From positions 78,892 to 142,891 of IMG/VR virus record IMGVR_UViG_3300025150_000004: a stretch of DNA of 64,000 nucleotides. One strand, written 5' to 3'. Source of the DNA: a virus. The notes under the pieces are model-generated. The model did no database searches and had not been told where the DNA came from. It worked only from the letters and a program-made list of their open reading frames with translations. The position numbers were made by a program, and so were the translations under genes. Positions 37,192-47,309 of this stretch are shown piece by piece; position 1 is the first letter of the stretch, and each line of letters starts with the position of its first letter.

Positions 37192-38093
37192 GCTGGACCC
37201 CCGAGCAGTCGGGAGACCTTGGCCTGAAGTTCGGTGACCTCCCGGGACGCCTTTTTGCCCTCCTTGGGCAGGGGTAGACCCGAGCCCCGGAGGACTTCCT
37301 CGACCACCCGGTCGAAACTCCAGTCGGGCACCTGCTCGGCGAGCACCTGGAGGACGGACCGCAGGCCCTCAACCTCGAATCGGGTGAGGTACATCCCGTT
37401 GAGCCGGTAGTCCTCGAACGCCTCCCAGCACCAGGGGACCCACTCCTTGACGACCTCGGCGATGGCGTTGGCGTAGGAGCGGATCTCCAGTTGAGCGTGC
37501 GGATCCATGCGGAGGCTGAGGAAGTGGAACAGGTTGTGGAGGTCGCTGGACCAGACCTTGGCGGTGTAGATGTTCACGGGAAGCACGCATCTTGCAAGCT
37601 CCCGAGCCACCCCGCTCTCCAGCGCCCGTTCGTAGGCTCGGTAGGCTTCGGAGCAGCTTCTCCGAAGCTCGGTCTGGTAGGCCACCACGTCGTCTTCAGG
37701 GAGGTGCCCGTCTCGACCTTGCTTGTTGCTGGTGCTCTGAGCCCGCACGACCTCGGAGTCTGGGATGTAGAACTCTTCCGGCAGGACGCTGTACCGGGCT
37801 GACACCTCGTTGAGAGATGCCATCCGGTGCCGAACCCATTGACGCTCCACGAAAATTGGGAGCTTCACCTCCAGCTTGATTCGGGCCTGCTCGAACGGCG
37901 AGGTGTGCCTCGACCTCATCAGGTAGCGGAGAAGGCTACGGTCGTCGTTGGTTTTCTTGGTCCCCTTGGCGTAGGAGACCCGTGCGGCCTGTACAACTGA
38001 GTCGTCATCCCCCATCACGTCCACGAGCATGATGTAGCCGTGATCGAGCACAGGGATGGGCTCTTGAAATCGTTTGAGGTGTTCAGGAATCAT
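37188..38093 (-). CDS. thyX: FAD-dependent thymidylate synthase
   Basis: AARVSY, HTSPFE, RQWVRHRMASLNEVSARY, ELARCVLP, LRMDPHAQLEIR. Confidence 0.95.
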   Translation of the reverse strand: MIPEHLKRFQEPIPVLDHGYIMLVDVMGDDDSVVQAARVSYAKGTKKTNDDRSLLRYLMRSRHTSPFEQARIKLEVKLPIFVERQWVRHRMASLNEVSARYSVLPEEFYIPDSEVVRAQSTSNKQGRDGHLPEDDVVAYQTELRRSCSEAYRAYERALESGVARELARCVLPVNIYTAKVWSSDLHNLFHFLSLRMDPHAQLEIRSYANAIAEVVKEWVPWCWEAFEDYRLNGMYLTRFEVEGLRSVLQVLAEQVPDWSFDRVVEEVLRGSGLPLPKEGKKASREVTELQAKVSRLLGGPA

Positions 38094-38700
38094 CCTGCCT
38101 GTCCTTGCATTCGTAGGTGCCCGTCTCTCGGTTGAACATCAGAAAACCCGAACGAAGCAGGCGGAAGGCCACCCCCTGTAGAGAGGAGTGCGCTTGCCGA
38201 TGCCTTGTCCGATCCGTCAGCCACAGGTTCTCCGGGGCGTTGTTGGTTTTGTCTCCGTCGATGTGGTGAACGACCTCGGTCGGGAGAAGGGTTCTGCCCA
38301 GAGCCCCCTCCATGACCACCACATGTTCCTTGCGATAGTTTACCCATCCTGAACCGGAACCCTGCCGCCCAGGGACGACGTTGACCATCACGTACCCATG
38401 GTGGTCAACGTAGCGACCGCCCTTCCAACAGGGGTGGTTCTCCCGGGTCCGTTGACGGTTGCGCTCAGCAACAGCCTTGTTGGTTGTCCCACGGCTGGAT
38501 TTCCCAATGCGCCTGGCCACACAGGGCTGGCAGAACGTCTCTCCCGTCCAGCCCTGTTTGCGTTGACCCTGGACGTAGTTGTTCCAGTTGGTCTCGGACC
38601 GTTTTCCGCAGTCGTCGCAGATGAGCGCCACACGTTTGATGCTGCCCTTGGTCAGTAGCGCAATGGGGGTCCCGTCCATTGCTTTGTCCGATGCAAGCAT
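38083..38700 (-). CDS. HNH homing endonuclease
   Basis: WKGG...EHVVVME..LGR.L...EVVHHIDGDKTNN.PENL.......H...H. Confidence 0.88.
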   Translation of the reverse strand: MLASDKAMDGTPIALLTKGSIKRVALICDDCGKRSETNWNNYVQGQRKQGWTGETFCQPCVARRIGKSSRGTTNKAVAERNRQRTRENHPCWKGGRYVDHHGYVMVNVVPGRQGSGSGWVNYRKEHVVVMEGALGRTLLPTEVVHHIDGDKTNNAPENLWLTDRTRHRQAHSSLQGVAFRLLRSGFLMFNRETGTYECKDRQDDS

Positions 38701-38738
38701 GGGGGCACCCTATCTGTGAAGGCACCAACAGTCAATTC

Positions 38739-38769
38739 GTTTCCTTTCCTATACCCAGATCAGGGGTAG
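38739..38769 (+). promoter_or_regulatory. putative late promoter
   Basis: GTT-tcctttcc-TAT-N13-GTAG. Confidence 0.5.
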
Positions 38770-38800
38770 GACGACCCATGTGGGCCGCCTCGGAGGCAAG

Positions 38801-39073
38801 ATGGCCACGGCGAACAACACCAAGGTCTGGGACTGGCTGTTCAAGATCATGTCCGCCCTCGTCATCCCCCTGGTCCTGTGGGGGGTTAAGCTGGAGGTGA
38901 AGAACGCCGTGCAGAACGAGAAGATCGTCCAGTTGGAGAAGGACCTTGCAGCGGCGGCGGATGTCGAGAAAGAGGTACGTCTGAACACCCAGGCCCTCGG
39001 GAGGCTGGAGGAGAAGCTCAATGCGGCGAACACCAATCTCAGCGAGATCAAGCGCCTGCTTCGTCAGCCTTAG
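38801..39073 (+). CDS. membrane-anchored coiled-coil protein (i-spanin-like or holin-like)
   Basis: One N-terminal TM segment then coiled coil; overlaps lipoprotein gene. Confidence 0.6.
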   Translation: MATANNTKVWDWLFKIMSALVIPLVLWGVKLEVKNAVQNEKIVQLEKDLAAAADVEKEVRLNTQALGRLEEKLNAANTNLSEIKRLLRQP

Positions 39074-39500
39074 CCTCCTCCTGGCCTGCTCCAAGCCGGT
39101 CGAGAAGGCTGCGGCACCGCCCACGGCCCCAGAGGCGGTGGAGGCCGAAGATGCGGGCGTCGAGCCCTCCGATGCCGGGGTGGCCCCGGCCCCCCCGGCT
39201 CCACGGCCGGAGCGCAAGCGGCGCAAGGTCAAGCTCGCCGAGAAGGGCTACGACCCCGAGCGGATCACGGAGCAGCGGGCCATGGTGGCTGTGCAGTCCA
39301 AGCGGGCCGAGGACTTGGGGCAGGAGATTGCCCAGGTCAAGGCCGAGCTTATGGCCCGAAAGCTGGCGCATTTGCGGGTTCTGGCCCGGCGGAGGGGCTG
39401 GACGCTGGGTGAGGAGCCCGTGCAGGACCGGGAACGGAAGGTGTGGCGGCAGTGGGTCAAGCTGGAGCGGGAGGTGGAGGGTGATGAAACGTCACCTTGA
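39021..39500 (+). CDS. lipoprotein (o-spanin-like)
   Basis: Lipobox LLA-C, Pro/Ala linker, coiled coil; start embedded in upstream gene. Confidence 0.6.
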   Translation: MRRTPISARSSACFVSLSLLLACSKPVEKAAAPPTAPEAVEAEDAGVEPSDAGVAPAPPAPRPERKRRKVKLAEKGYDPERITEQRAMVAVQSKRAEDLGQEIAQVKAELMARKLAHLRVLARRRGWTLGEEPVQDRERKVWRQWVKLEREVEGDETSP

Positions 39501-39714
39501 GGCCGTGACCGGGAGACGGGTCTACGAATACACCGATGCCGAGGGCATCGTGTTCTACTCGTTCCACCGGACGGCCAACTTCGTGAACCCGCCCAAGCGG
39601 CTCACGTTGAAGTCCCGCATCGGGGAGCACCTGACCAACTTCCTCTCCCGGCTCCGGCGGGAATTCGGCGAGCCCGACAAGCCCGAGCCGAAGGACAAGG
39701 AGACCGGCGGGTAG
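39484..39714 (+). CDS. hypothetical protein
   Basis: GGAGG RBS. Confidence 0.65.
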   Translation: MKRHLEAVTGRRVYEYTDAEGIVFYSFHRTANFVNPPKRLTLKSRIGEHLTNFLSRLRREFGEPDKPEPKDKETGG

Positions 39715-39743
39715 AGTGGCGCACACCACCTGATCCCAGGGAG

Positions 39744-40220
39744 ATGAAGACAATGAACGACGAGACCAAGACCGACAAGACCGACGAGACCCCGGAGGTC
39801 CCCGAGGTGGCCGGGGAAGCCCCCGAGTCCTCCGAGCCCGTCGAGGCCGCCCCGGAGACCGAGCCCCAGGAGCCGACCCCCCTCAACGGCAAGGCGAAGC
39901 CGGGGAGCGACCCGTTCCAGGTCGGGGAGCTTCTCCCACAGGAGGTGATGCAGCTTCAGCAGGTGCGGGGCCGCATCAACCAGCACCTCATGGAGATCGG
40001 GCACCACGAGGTCCAGAAGGCCATGCTCCTCGCCAAGCTCGAACAACTGGAGCAGCAGGGTCAGACGGTCATCCGCCAGGCCCGGCTCCGGCTCGGGATC
40101 GATGACGGCGAGACCATCCAGGTGACGCCCGACGGCAAGATCCGCCGGATGCCCCAGCATCCGCCCAACGTGGTTCCCATGCCCACCCCGGGGAGCGGCA
40201 AGCCGCCCGCTGCGGGGTGA
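39744..40220 (+). CDS. hypothetical coiled-coil protein
   Basis: Typical codon usage, RBS. Confidence 0.7.
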   Translation: MKTMNDETKTDKTDETPEVPEVAGEAPESSEPVEAAPETEPQEPTPLNGKAKPGSDPFQVGELLPQEVMQLQQVRGRINQHLMEIGHHEVQKAMLLAKLEQLEQQGQTVIRQARLRLGIDDGETIQVTPDGKIRRMPQHPPNVVPMPTPGSGKPPAAG

Positions 40221-40234
40221 CAAGGAGGTAGGCG

Positions 40235-41662
40235 ATGACCGCCGGGTGGGATGCAACCACCACCCAATATCCGCTCCCCCCGCAGAACGGCGTGGTTGTC
40301 ACCCCGTTCACGAAGGGGGTTCACGATATTCGGTGGGACAACCCGGCGCTCCTGGCGGGCAATACGCCGTACTCCGTGGTCGGCGTGAACATCTATCGGT
40401 CTGACGCCTCGGATCGTGGACCTTTCCACCGCCTCAACGAGTTCCCCCTCGGCGGCAGCTTCTACCGGGACCGAAACGACTACCGCCTCGTCGTGAGGGA
40501 GGTTGTGGACTGGGATTCCGGCTGGGTCTTCAAGGGGGACAAGCCGAACGTCCGCCGGTGGCAGTTCAGGACCAGGAACCGGATCGTGAAAGCGTCCGCC
40601 CGAGCCCCGTTCGAGCTTCCCATCTGGGGAGACAACCCCACGGACGTACAGGTGTACATCGACGGGGTGGAGGTCCCAGTCCACGAGGTCTTCGGCCGCT
40701 CCGGCGAGGTCACCCTCATCAACGCCCCTGAGTTCAACGAGGCCACCGAGAAGCTGGAAGGGCCATCCATCCCGACAGCAGAGTCCGTCGTGGAGGTGAC
40801 CTACCGAACCCCGACCAACCACGTTCCCAGTGGGCTCGACAAGAACGTCTGGTATCGGTTGACCACGGTGGTCCTCGACCCGAACACGCTCTCGGGCTAC
40901 AACGAGACGCCCCTGGCTCAGTCGAGGCCCCTCTCCCTCATGGAGGTCGAGGCCCGGGACTGGATCTGGGATGAGGCCGTCCGGCGGAACAACTGGATCC
41001 TCCAGCAGGGCGGGGAGAACGTCTACCTTTTCGTCAAAAAGGTCTGTGGCGTCCCATGTGACTGTACCAGGGACCCACGGAGCCTGGAGTACCACAAGCA
41101 ACCGGAGAACACCTGCCTGATTTGTTTCGGGACGGGGCTCATCGGCGGCTACGAGGGTCCCTACGACATCATCGTCGCCCCAGACGATGGGGAGCGGCGC
41201 ATCTCCCAGACCCCACGGGGCCGCCGCAAGGAGCACACCTACGAGGTCTGGACCGGACCGTACCCGCTCATCACCCAGCGGGACTTCCTCGTCAAACAGA
41301 CCAACGAGCGCTACAGCGTCGGCCCAGTGCGTCGTCCGAGCAACCGAGGGAACCTGCTCCAGCAGCATTTCAACATCGGCTATTTGGATGAGGGGGACAT
41401 CCGCTACCGTGTGCCCATCGACGGAACCGACCAACTTGCTTGGCCCGAGACCCGACCTGGCAAGCCGTCCCCCGTCTACCCCCGGATGCCGGTCACGGGT
41501 GAGTCGAGCTACGACCAGAAGGAGGGCTGGGCTGGCCCGAATTACCCCGAGGGGCCGGAGACGGACCACCCGCTCAACACCGAGAAGGAGCTTGGGGAGT
41601 CCACACCTGACGATGTGGAGCGGCGAGGACGCACGAAGGTCTGGGAGAATATTTCCCAATAA
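40235..41662 (+). CDS. putative head-closure / neck protein with Cys motif
   Basis: CGVPCDC...CLICFGTGLIGGY then PLITQRDFLV....RYSV..V; position in neck region. Confidence 0.6.
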   Translation: MTAGWDATTTQYPLPPQNGVVVTPFTKGVHDIRWDNPALLAGNTPYSVVGVNIYRSDASDRGPFHRLNEFPLGGSFYRDRNDYRLVVREVVDWDSGWVFKGDKPNVRRWQFRTRNRIVKASARAPFELPIWGDNPTDVQVYIDGVEVPVHEVFGRSGEVTLINAPEFNEATEKLEGPSIPTAESVVEVTYRTPTNHVPSGLDKNVWYRLTTVVLDPNTLSGYNETPLAQSRPLSLMEVEARDWIWDEAVRRNNWILQQGGENVYLFVKKVCGVPCDCTRDPRSLEYHKQPENTCLICFGTGLIGGYEGPYDIIVAPDDGERRISQTPRGRRKEHTYEVWTGPYPLITQRDFLVKQTNERYSVGPVRRPSNRGNLLQQHFNIGYLDEGDIRYRVPIDGTDQLAWPETRPGKPSPVYPRMPVTGESSYDQKEGWAGPNYPEGPETDHPLNTEKELGESTPDDVERRGRTKVWENISQ

Positions 41663-42633
41663 TGGGCACTTGTGCTAACATCGGCCCCGTGAAATACTTA
41701 GGTGATTGCGAGGTTTGCGGCTCTACGGTCCCAACTTACCGGGCACTTGGTCAGCATCTCCGCCATGCAAATGATGGTGCCCATCAAGACCTCCAAAGAC
41801 GGTGGCACGCTTGGAGGGCGAGGCAACGCACGCTTCGTTGTCGGAAGTGTGGGCAGTTGTGGGTCACGGGGGTTGACCGGGTGCATGGGAAGCGGTGCCA
41901 TGACTGCGAGAACGCCCGAGCCTCGATGACCAAGCGGGAATACGAGGCATGGAGGCCCACCAAGAAACCAGACCCCCGCTCGACGTGGTGCAAATCACAC
42001 TGGAATGGGCTAGAGAATCGCCACTTTGTCCCCGACGATCTGACGGAACAACAAGTGGTAAAGGGCATCGAAGACAGGGTGCAGATCAACACCCTGCGAA
42101 CCCAGCTAGGGGTGTCCTACAAGGTGCTGCGAGCGGTAGCCGAAAAAGCATTCGGGGCACAGCAGTTTGCGGCTTTGATGAGGGACAGGAAAGTAGAGTC
42201 GGCTCGTCGCATGGTTCAGCAGGCTCAAACAGCTTCGGGCTTAGAAGCGACGATGGTGGCCGCTTTGAAGGCGGCTTCTGTTGACGTGGTGGGGAGAAAT
42301 ATCTGGCTGACCTTGGAGGTGTCTGGAGTCCGCACACATCGGGAGATCGACATAAAGGTTGCGGCCCCGTCCGGGCATAAGATCGTCGTGCTGTGTGATG
42401 GGGAGGCTTTTCATGGTCCGAACGCACTATACGTTGATCCTGCTTTGCGAGTTTCTGACGACGTGAGCACCGCCAAGGCTTTGTTTACGCTTGGTTACTC
42501 TGTGTGCCGCTATTCTGAATCCGAGATCCATAATGGGGAGGCCCTCGCCCATTTGCAGGGCGTTCTGCCGCATATGCACGACAAAAAACGTTTGCTGCGG
42601 CTGTGGCACCCGGCGACGGAGAGGTGGGCCTGA
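41662..42633 (+). CDS. Vsr/DUF559-like endonuclease with zinc fingers
   Basis: SGLE...EIDI...VLCDGEAFHG...D...GYSVCRYSE; lower GC. Confidence 0.75.
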   Translation: MGTCANIGPVKYLGDCEVCGSTVPTYRALGQHLRHANDGAHQDLQRRWHAWRARQRTLRCRKCGQLWVTGVDRVHGKRCHDCENARASMTKREYEAWRPTKKPDPRSTWCKSHWNGLENRHFVPDDLTEQQVVKGIEDRVQINTLRTQLGVSYKVLRAVAEKAFGAQQFAALMRDRKVESARRMVQQAQTASGLEATMVAALKAASVDVVGRNIWLTLEVSGVRTHREIDIKVAAPSGHKIVVLCDGEAFHGPNALYVDPALRVSDDVSTAKALFTLGYSVCRYSESEIHNGEALAHLQGVLPHMHDKKRLLRLWHPATERWA

Positions 42634-43235
42634 TGGCCGATGGAGTCCGATCTCTGTACGGCGGGCCGCTTGCTCGGCTCGCCGAAGCCACCGTCTCCAA
42701 GGAGCTTCTGGAGCGCATGGCGAAGTGCATCATCGACGCCATCATCGCCGAGGGCAAAAAGGACTTCGCCAAGCGAGGTTGGAGGCTTGATGACCCCATG
42801 GGCGGCCCGCCTTTCGACGAGAGTTTCAGTTTCTCCATCCGGGGGCAGCGGACCATCGAGATCCGGTCGTCCTTCTATGGCCTGGAGGAGTTCACCCGGC
42901 AGGACATCCCAAGCCGGAAGATGACCTGGCTCACCCAGGAGGCGAAGAACAAGACCCCGTCGAAGTACCCCCTCACCAAGACGGAGAAGAAGCTCGGGAT
43001 GAAGCGGGCGGGAAAAGTCCGTCAGGGGGATCGGAAACCGTTGGTGGTCCCGCTTCAAAAGGATGACGGGACGGTCATCTTTCGTATGGCCCCGCTCAAG
43101 ACCAAGGACGCATGGGTTCATCCAGGCATCGCTCGGTTCACGTTCGTCGAGAGGGCACTCCGCAAGGGACGGGCGGCCTGTGCCAAGGTGGTCGGGGAGT
43201 ACCTGAAGGAGCAGATGTCGGGGGCAAGGACATGA
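42633..43235 (+). CDS. putative neck / tail-completion protein (HK97 gp10-like)
   Basis: C-terminal VHPGIARFTFVERA; position. Confidence 0.55.
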   Translation: MADGVRSLYGGPLARLAEATVSKELLERMAKCIIDAIIAEGKKDFAKRGWRLDDPMGGPPFDESFSFSIRGQRTIEIRSSFYGLEEFTRQDIPSRKMTWLTQEAKNKTPSKYPLTKTEKKLGMKRAGKVRQGDRKPLVVPLQKDDGTVIFRMAPLKTKDAWVHPGIARFTFVERALRKGRAACAKVVGEYLKEQMSGART

Positions 43236-43882
43236 GAGAAGCGGAGGTCACCTGTCTGATCCGCATGACACGGATCCCCGACCTCAACCTCGAACTGGTG
43301 AAGGACCAGGTGGTCCTCGTGCCCGAGGACCAGGCCCAGGGCTCCAAGGACTTGGCCCTGTTCAAGAGCATGAACGCCGTGAAGGTGCGGTGGGTCCGGC
43401 GGTTCCACAAGCTGCGGGAGGCAGATCAACCCTTTACGGTGAGTACGCCGAAGCGTGACACGAGGGCGGTGAGGCCCCTTCACCCTCAGCAAGCTCCCCT
43501 GGCGTCCCCAGTTGACGCCCCGGAACCACCTGCGGCTCCAAACCCGCAACTGGGGCGTCAAAACGTTGACTTGGAACTCCTGGCTACTCGTCTGGAGGCT
43601 CGGCTCGGGGGAGCCATTGACCGTGTGGTCGCCGCCATAAGGGAGTCGAGGCCGGTGGTCGTGTCGGCCGACCCGTCCGCTCCGGGCAAGCCGGGTAAAG
43701 TGGGCGATGAGGTGCCTACGTTCATCCCCGACAAGATCCTCGACCCGGATGCGGCGAAGAAGGTGGACATCCGGGCAACCGAGACCACCGGGGAGGCGGG
43801 GGGCATCGACGCCGCCAAGGCGGCCTTGAAGAAGGCCCGTGGCGGTCGGAAACAGAAGGAGAGATGGTGCAAGCCTCGATAA
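43232..43882 (+). CDS. hypothetical protein
   Basis: ATGA overlap with upstream gene. Confidence 0.7.
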   Translation: MREAEVTCLIRMTRIPDLNLELVKDQVVLVPEDQAQGSKDLALFKSMNAVKVRWVRRFHKLREADQPFTVSTPKRDTRAVRPLHPQQAPLASPVDAPEPPAAPNPQLGRQNVDLELLATRLEARLGGAIDRVVAAIRESRPVVVSADPSAPGKPGKVGDEVPTFIPDKILDPDAAKKVDIRATETTGEAGGIDAAKAALKKARGGRKQKERWCKPR

Positions 43883-43903
43883 AGGCTCTATACTAAACTC
43901 TTC

Positions 43904-44598
43904 ATGGATAGGTCCCGAGAGAGCTACGAAACCGAGATCCAACAACACCCCAACATCACACACAAGGAATTGGCTGCGACGTTGGGGTGTGGGCCTACAA
44001 CCGTTGCCAGGGACCTTCAACGCTACGGGTTGACAACCAGACCTTGGAGTCAGCGCAGGCATTCAGAGGCCACGAGACAGAAACTTAGTGATCAAAGGCA
44101 GGGTCAACAAAAGGGTTCGGACAACCCCAACTTTGGCCCAATGTCTCGTCCTTGGTTGGAAGGCGAAAATCATCCTTTCCGTCGCTGGCACCGAGAACAC
44201 CCTGAATTTGGGGAGAACCAGCGAGGGGCCGCAAATCCCGTGCATAAGGCCCGTCACCTCTACGATGATCCCGAATACGTCGAACGGATCACCACGGGCA
44301 TTCGAGCCCATGTAGACCAAAAACGGGGGTCCACCTACGAGGAAGTGTATGGTCCCGAGAAGGCTGCGGCGAGGAGGTTCGGTTGGTGATTCAAGCGGAC
44401 GGAGACTACTGGCACGCCAACCCGGAGAGGTTTCCGTCACCAGATGCAAACCAGGCAGATCGGCGTCGGTTGGATGCCTCTTGTGATTCCTTCCTTCAGA
44501 ACCGGGGGTATCGTGTCCTGCGGTTCTGGGAGTCCGACCTCAAGGTGGACCCAGATGAGTGTCAAGCGAAGATCAAGGAGGCCCTCCGTGGCGGATGA
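43904..44598 (+). pseudogene. HTH/NUMOD3 plus Vsr-like endonuclease broken by internal deletion or frameshift near 44372
   Basis: HSEATRQKLS..RQG...NPNFG in one frame; EVRLVIQADGDYWH...GYRVLRFWE in another; the usual PE/DF segment is missing. Confidence 0.7.
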
Positions 44599-45610
44599 GA
44601 AAAAGTCTGTGAAAACGGAGCCCTACGGCTGCGGCCTGGACGTGGGTACAATGAATCTTGTGTGTGCAAGACGCACATCTGAGGGCGTGACCCACACCAG
44701 GATGCGGGACGTGTTCCTCGACCTGCCGACGAGCGCCAAGAAGATGCTCAGGCTCTCCAAGACCAGCTTCGTCGAACGGGATGACGACGTGCTCATCCTC
44801 GGTGACGCAGCCCTTCAGACGGCCAACGTCTTCGGCAAAGAGGCCCGCCGCCCGCTCTCGGCCGGGCTCATCTCCGCCGGGGAGATGGAGGCCATGGAGG
44901 TGCTCGGGCTGATGATCAAGCAGATCCTCGGCGAGCCCCGGGCGGCCGGGGAGCACTGCTACTTCTCCGTCCCCGCTGCCCCGGTGGACCGCCCCGACCG
45001 GGATGTCGTCTACCACAAGGGCATCTTCGAGCGGATCGTGACCGAGTGCGGGTACACGGGGACCCCGAGCAACGAGGCGATGGCCATCATCTACTCCGAG
45101 TGCGCCAACGACGGATTCTCGGGCGTGGCCCTGAGCTTTGGCTCGGGTATGACCAACGTGGCCCTGGCCATCAACACCATCGAGGGTCTGAGCTTCTCCG
45201 TGGCCCGGGGTGGCGACTGGATCGACAGCGGATCGGCCAACTCCGTCGGCTCGACGAATGCCCGCATCTGCGCCATCAAGGAGAAGGGTGTGGACCTCCT
45301 CAAGCCCGACTCCAGGGAGCAGGAGGCGATCAGCTTCTACTACAAGGAGTTGATCCGGTACGCCCTCGACCAGATCGCCCTGCGGTTCGAGCAGATCCGG
45401 GGGCAGTTCGAGCTTCAGCAGGCCATCCCCCTGGTCGTCTCCGGCGGCACGAGCAAGGCGGGGAGCTTCCTCGACCTGTTCCGCCAGGAGTTCGAGCGGA
45501 GGAAGAAGAAGTTCCCCATCGAGGTCAGCGAGATCCGCCAGGCGAGCGATCCACTCAACGCTGTAGCCAACGGAATGCTCACCCAGGCCATGTTGGAGCA
45601 CGAGGACTGA
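44588..45610 (+). CDS. actin/Hsp70-fold ATPase (MreB/ParM-like)
   Basis: Phosphate1 GLDVGT, SVPA, connect1 NEA.A, phosphate2 SFGSGMTN, GGD, adenosine VSGGTS, DPLNAVA.G. Confidence 0.85.
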   Translation: MADEKKSVKTEPYGCGLDVGTMNLVCARRTSEGVTHTRMRDVFLDLPTSAKKMLRLSKTSFVERDDDVLILGDAALQTANVFGKEARRPLSAGLISAGEMEAMEVLGLMIKQILGEPRAAGEHCYFSVPAAPVDRPDRDVVYHKGIFERIVTECGYTGTPSNEAMAIIYSECANDGFSGVALSFGSGMTNVALAINTIEGLSFSVARGGDWIDSGSANSVGSTNARICAIKEKGVDLLKPDSREQEAISFYYKELIRYALDQIALRFEQIRGQFELQQAIPLVVSGGTSKAGSFLDLFRQEFERRKKKFPIEVSEIRQASDPLNAVANGMLTQAMLEHED

Positions 45611-46065
45611 TGCCCCACGAGTTCATCGCCAATGACCCGAAGTGGCGGAGGGCACACAACCAGACGCCAGACGCTCCCGGGTGTTTGGGGTGTACTCATC
45701 TTCGAGTCGCTGGGCGGCCGAACATGGCCTGTGCAGAACGTCCCGTGGTTCTTTTTCAAGAAGCCGTTGGTGAGGGACCAGAAGGCCCCGGGCTCTGGAT
45801 CCTCATGCTCCATGAGTTCCTGCACGTTGGGGAGTCAGTGCTCAAGCAAGCCGGGGCCATCAAGCGACGGGTGGACCACGATTTCATCGAGAACATCCCG
45901 ACGGGCCTCCTGTTCCTGATGCACCAGGCCGGGATGCTCAAGGACTTCCCCATCGACGAGTTGCTGAGTTCGTGCAGACCGGCCCCGATGGATAGCCTAT
46001 CGGGCGGCCGAGGTAGGAGCCCTGGAGGGACTTCGGCGTGTACTTCTACCTCACCGACAGCCTGA
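45610..46065 (+). CDS. small HExxH zincin-like protein
   Basis: LMLHEFLH motif; TGATG overlap with the ATPase stop. Confidence 0.55.
   Translation: MPHEFIANDPKWRRAHNQTPDAPGCLGCTHLRVAGRPNMACAERPVVLFQEAVGEGPEGPGLWILMLHEFLHVGESVLKQAGAIKRRVDHDFIENIPTGLLFLMHQAGMLKDFPIDELLSSCRPAPMDSLSGGRGRSPGGTSACTSTSPTA
45987..46016 (+). promoter_or_regulatory. putative late promoter
   Basis: GAT-ggatagcc-TAT-N12-GTAG. Confidence 0.55.
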
Positions 46066-47264
46066 CCCGGAAGTTCATCCACGAGCTTCGCCGATTCTGG
46101 CAGCACCACCCGAAGCACCGGGACTTGGTGGATGCCATCCAGGGGAAGTACTCGTTCAAGGAGAGGCCCCAGAAGTCCATCGTCGTCAAGACGGCGGGTG
46201 GCTCTCACCTGTCCTTGTCCCCCGATCACTACAAAGGCATGGTGATGTCCCACGTCTACCTGTCCAAGCGGGTGGGCAAACCGGGGCTCTCCGTCGAGTG
46301 GGTGCGGGAGGACGGCCGGGCCATCCAAGAGAACGGCGGGACGTTTCCCTCCCAACCGGGGGTGTACTTCATTGACGTGGTGGACGGGCCGGAGAACGGC
46401 CTGGCCCACAACCCCGTGGCCTTCTACGTGGACCCTCTCATCGACCAGCGGGGGGAGCAGGTCACCAAGGTGGACGACTCCACGTTCCAGCTTCAGAAGG
46501 CCCCGTTGGCCGGGACCCTCCGCCTGTTCGAGATGCCCGCTGGGTTCCTTTACGTCGAAGGCACGAACTACACCGTGACCCTCAACGACCAGGGGAAACC
46601 GACCGAGGAGGTCAAGCTGACCGAGCCTCTCACCGGGGGTCGGTGGTTGCAGGCGGATTACCGCTGGCCTGACGAGTCCCGAGGCCCGTTCCCCATCGTC
46701 GAGCAGCACGCCAACAACTCAGCCATCCCAGGGGTCGTGTTGGCCTTCGGCCGCCGGGTGGAGATCGGCGACCAGCAGGCTGTGGTTGTCCAGCCCATTC
46801 GCTATCCCTCGGCTCTGGAATACGGCGGCCGGTGGACCATGAGCATGGAGTTCGAGATCACGGCCAGGGACGTGTACGACCAGCGGGAGATCTACGACTG
46901 GTCCATCATGGCCCTCTACGCCATTGCCCGTGGTCGCCTCTCCACGGAGGGCATCGAGATCTTGAGCGTGGGCCTTGGCGGGGAGTCCGAGGAGGTCTAC
47001 GACGAGACCGGGGACGATTACCTCTACAGCGCCATCTTCACCATGGAGGTGGAGACGGAGTGGGCCGTACATGTCCCGCTCAACGTCTGGCTGCGGCAGG
47101 CAGCCCCGCTCACCAACGCCGAGGCGCAGATCATCGCTGGGCTGCCTGATGACCAGCTTCCCGGCCAGGACGGCAACATCAAGGCGTTGGCGGACATCGG
47201 GCTGGAGTCGGTCCGTGACCCGTACTGGGCGGGGAAGGTCGGGACCTTCGAGAGTTTCAAGTGA
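46038..47264 (+). CDS. putative tail terminator / completion protein
   Basis: C-terminal YGGRWTMSMEFEITARD...EI.D; position before sheath. Confidence 0.55.
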   Translation: MYFYLTDSLTRKFIHELRRFWQHHPKHRDLVDAIQGKYSFKERPQKSIVVKTAGGSHLSLSPDHYKGMVMSHVYLSKRVGKPGLSVEWVREDGRAIQENGGTFPSQPGVYFIDVVDGPENGLAHNPVAFYVDPLIDQRGEQVTKVDDSTFQLQKAPLAGTLRLFEMPAGFLYVEGTNYTVTLNDQGKPTEEVKLTEPLTGGRWLQADYRWPDESRGPFPIVEQHANNSAIPGVVLAFGRRVEIGDQQAVVVQPIRYPSALEYGGRWTMSMEFEITARDVYDQREIYDWSIMALYAIARGRLSTEGIEILSVGLGGESEEVYDETGDDYLYSAIFTMEVETEWAVHVPLNVWLRQAAPLTNAEAQIIAGLPDDQLPGQDGNIKALADIGLESVRDPYWAGKVGTFESFK

Positions 47265-47269
47265 GGTTC

Positions 47270-47299
47270 GGTGGAAGGACTATAGCCCCGCTCGGGTGA
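47270..47299 (+). promoter_or_regulatory. putative late promoter
   Basis: GGT-ggaaggac-TAT-N12-GTGA. Confidence 0.6.
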
Positions 47300-47309
47300 G
47301 GAGGTCGAG

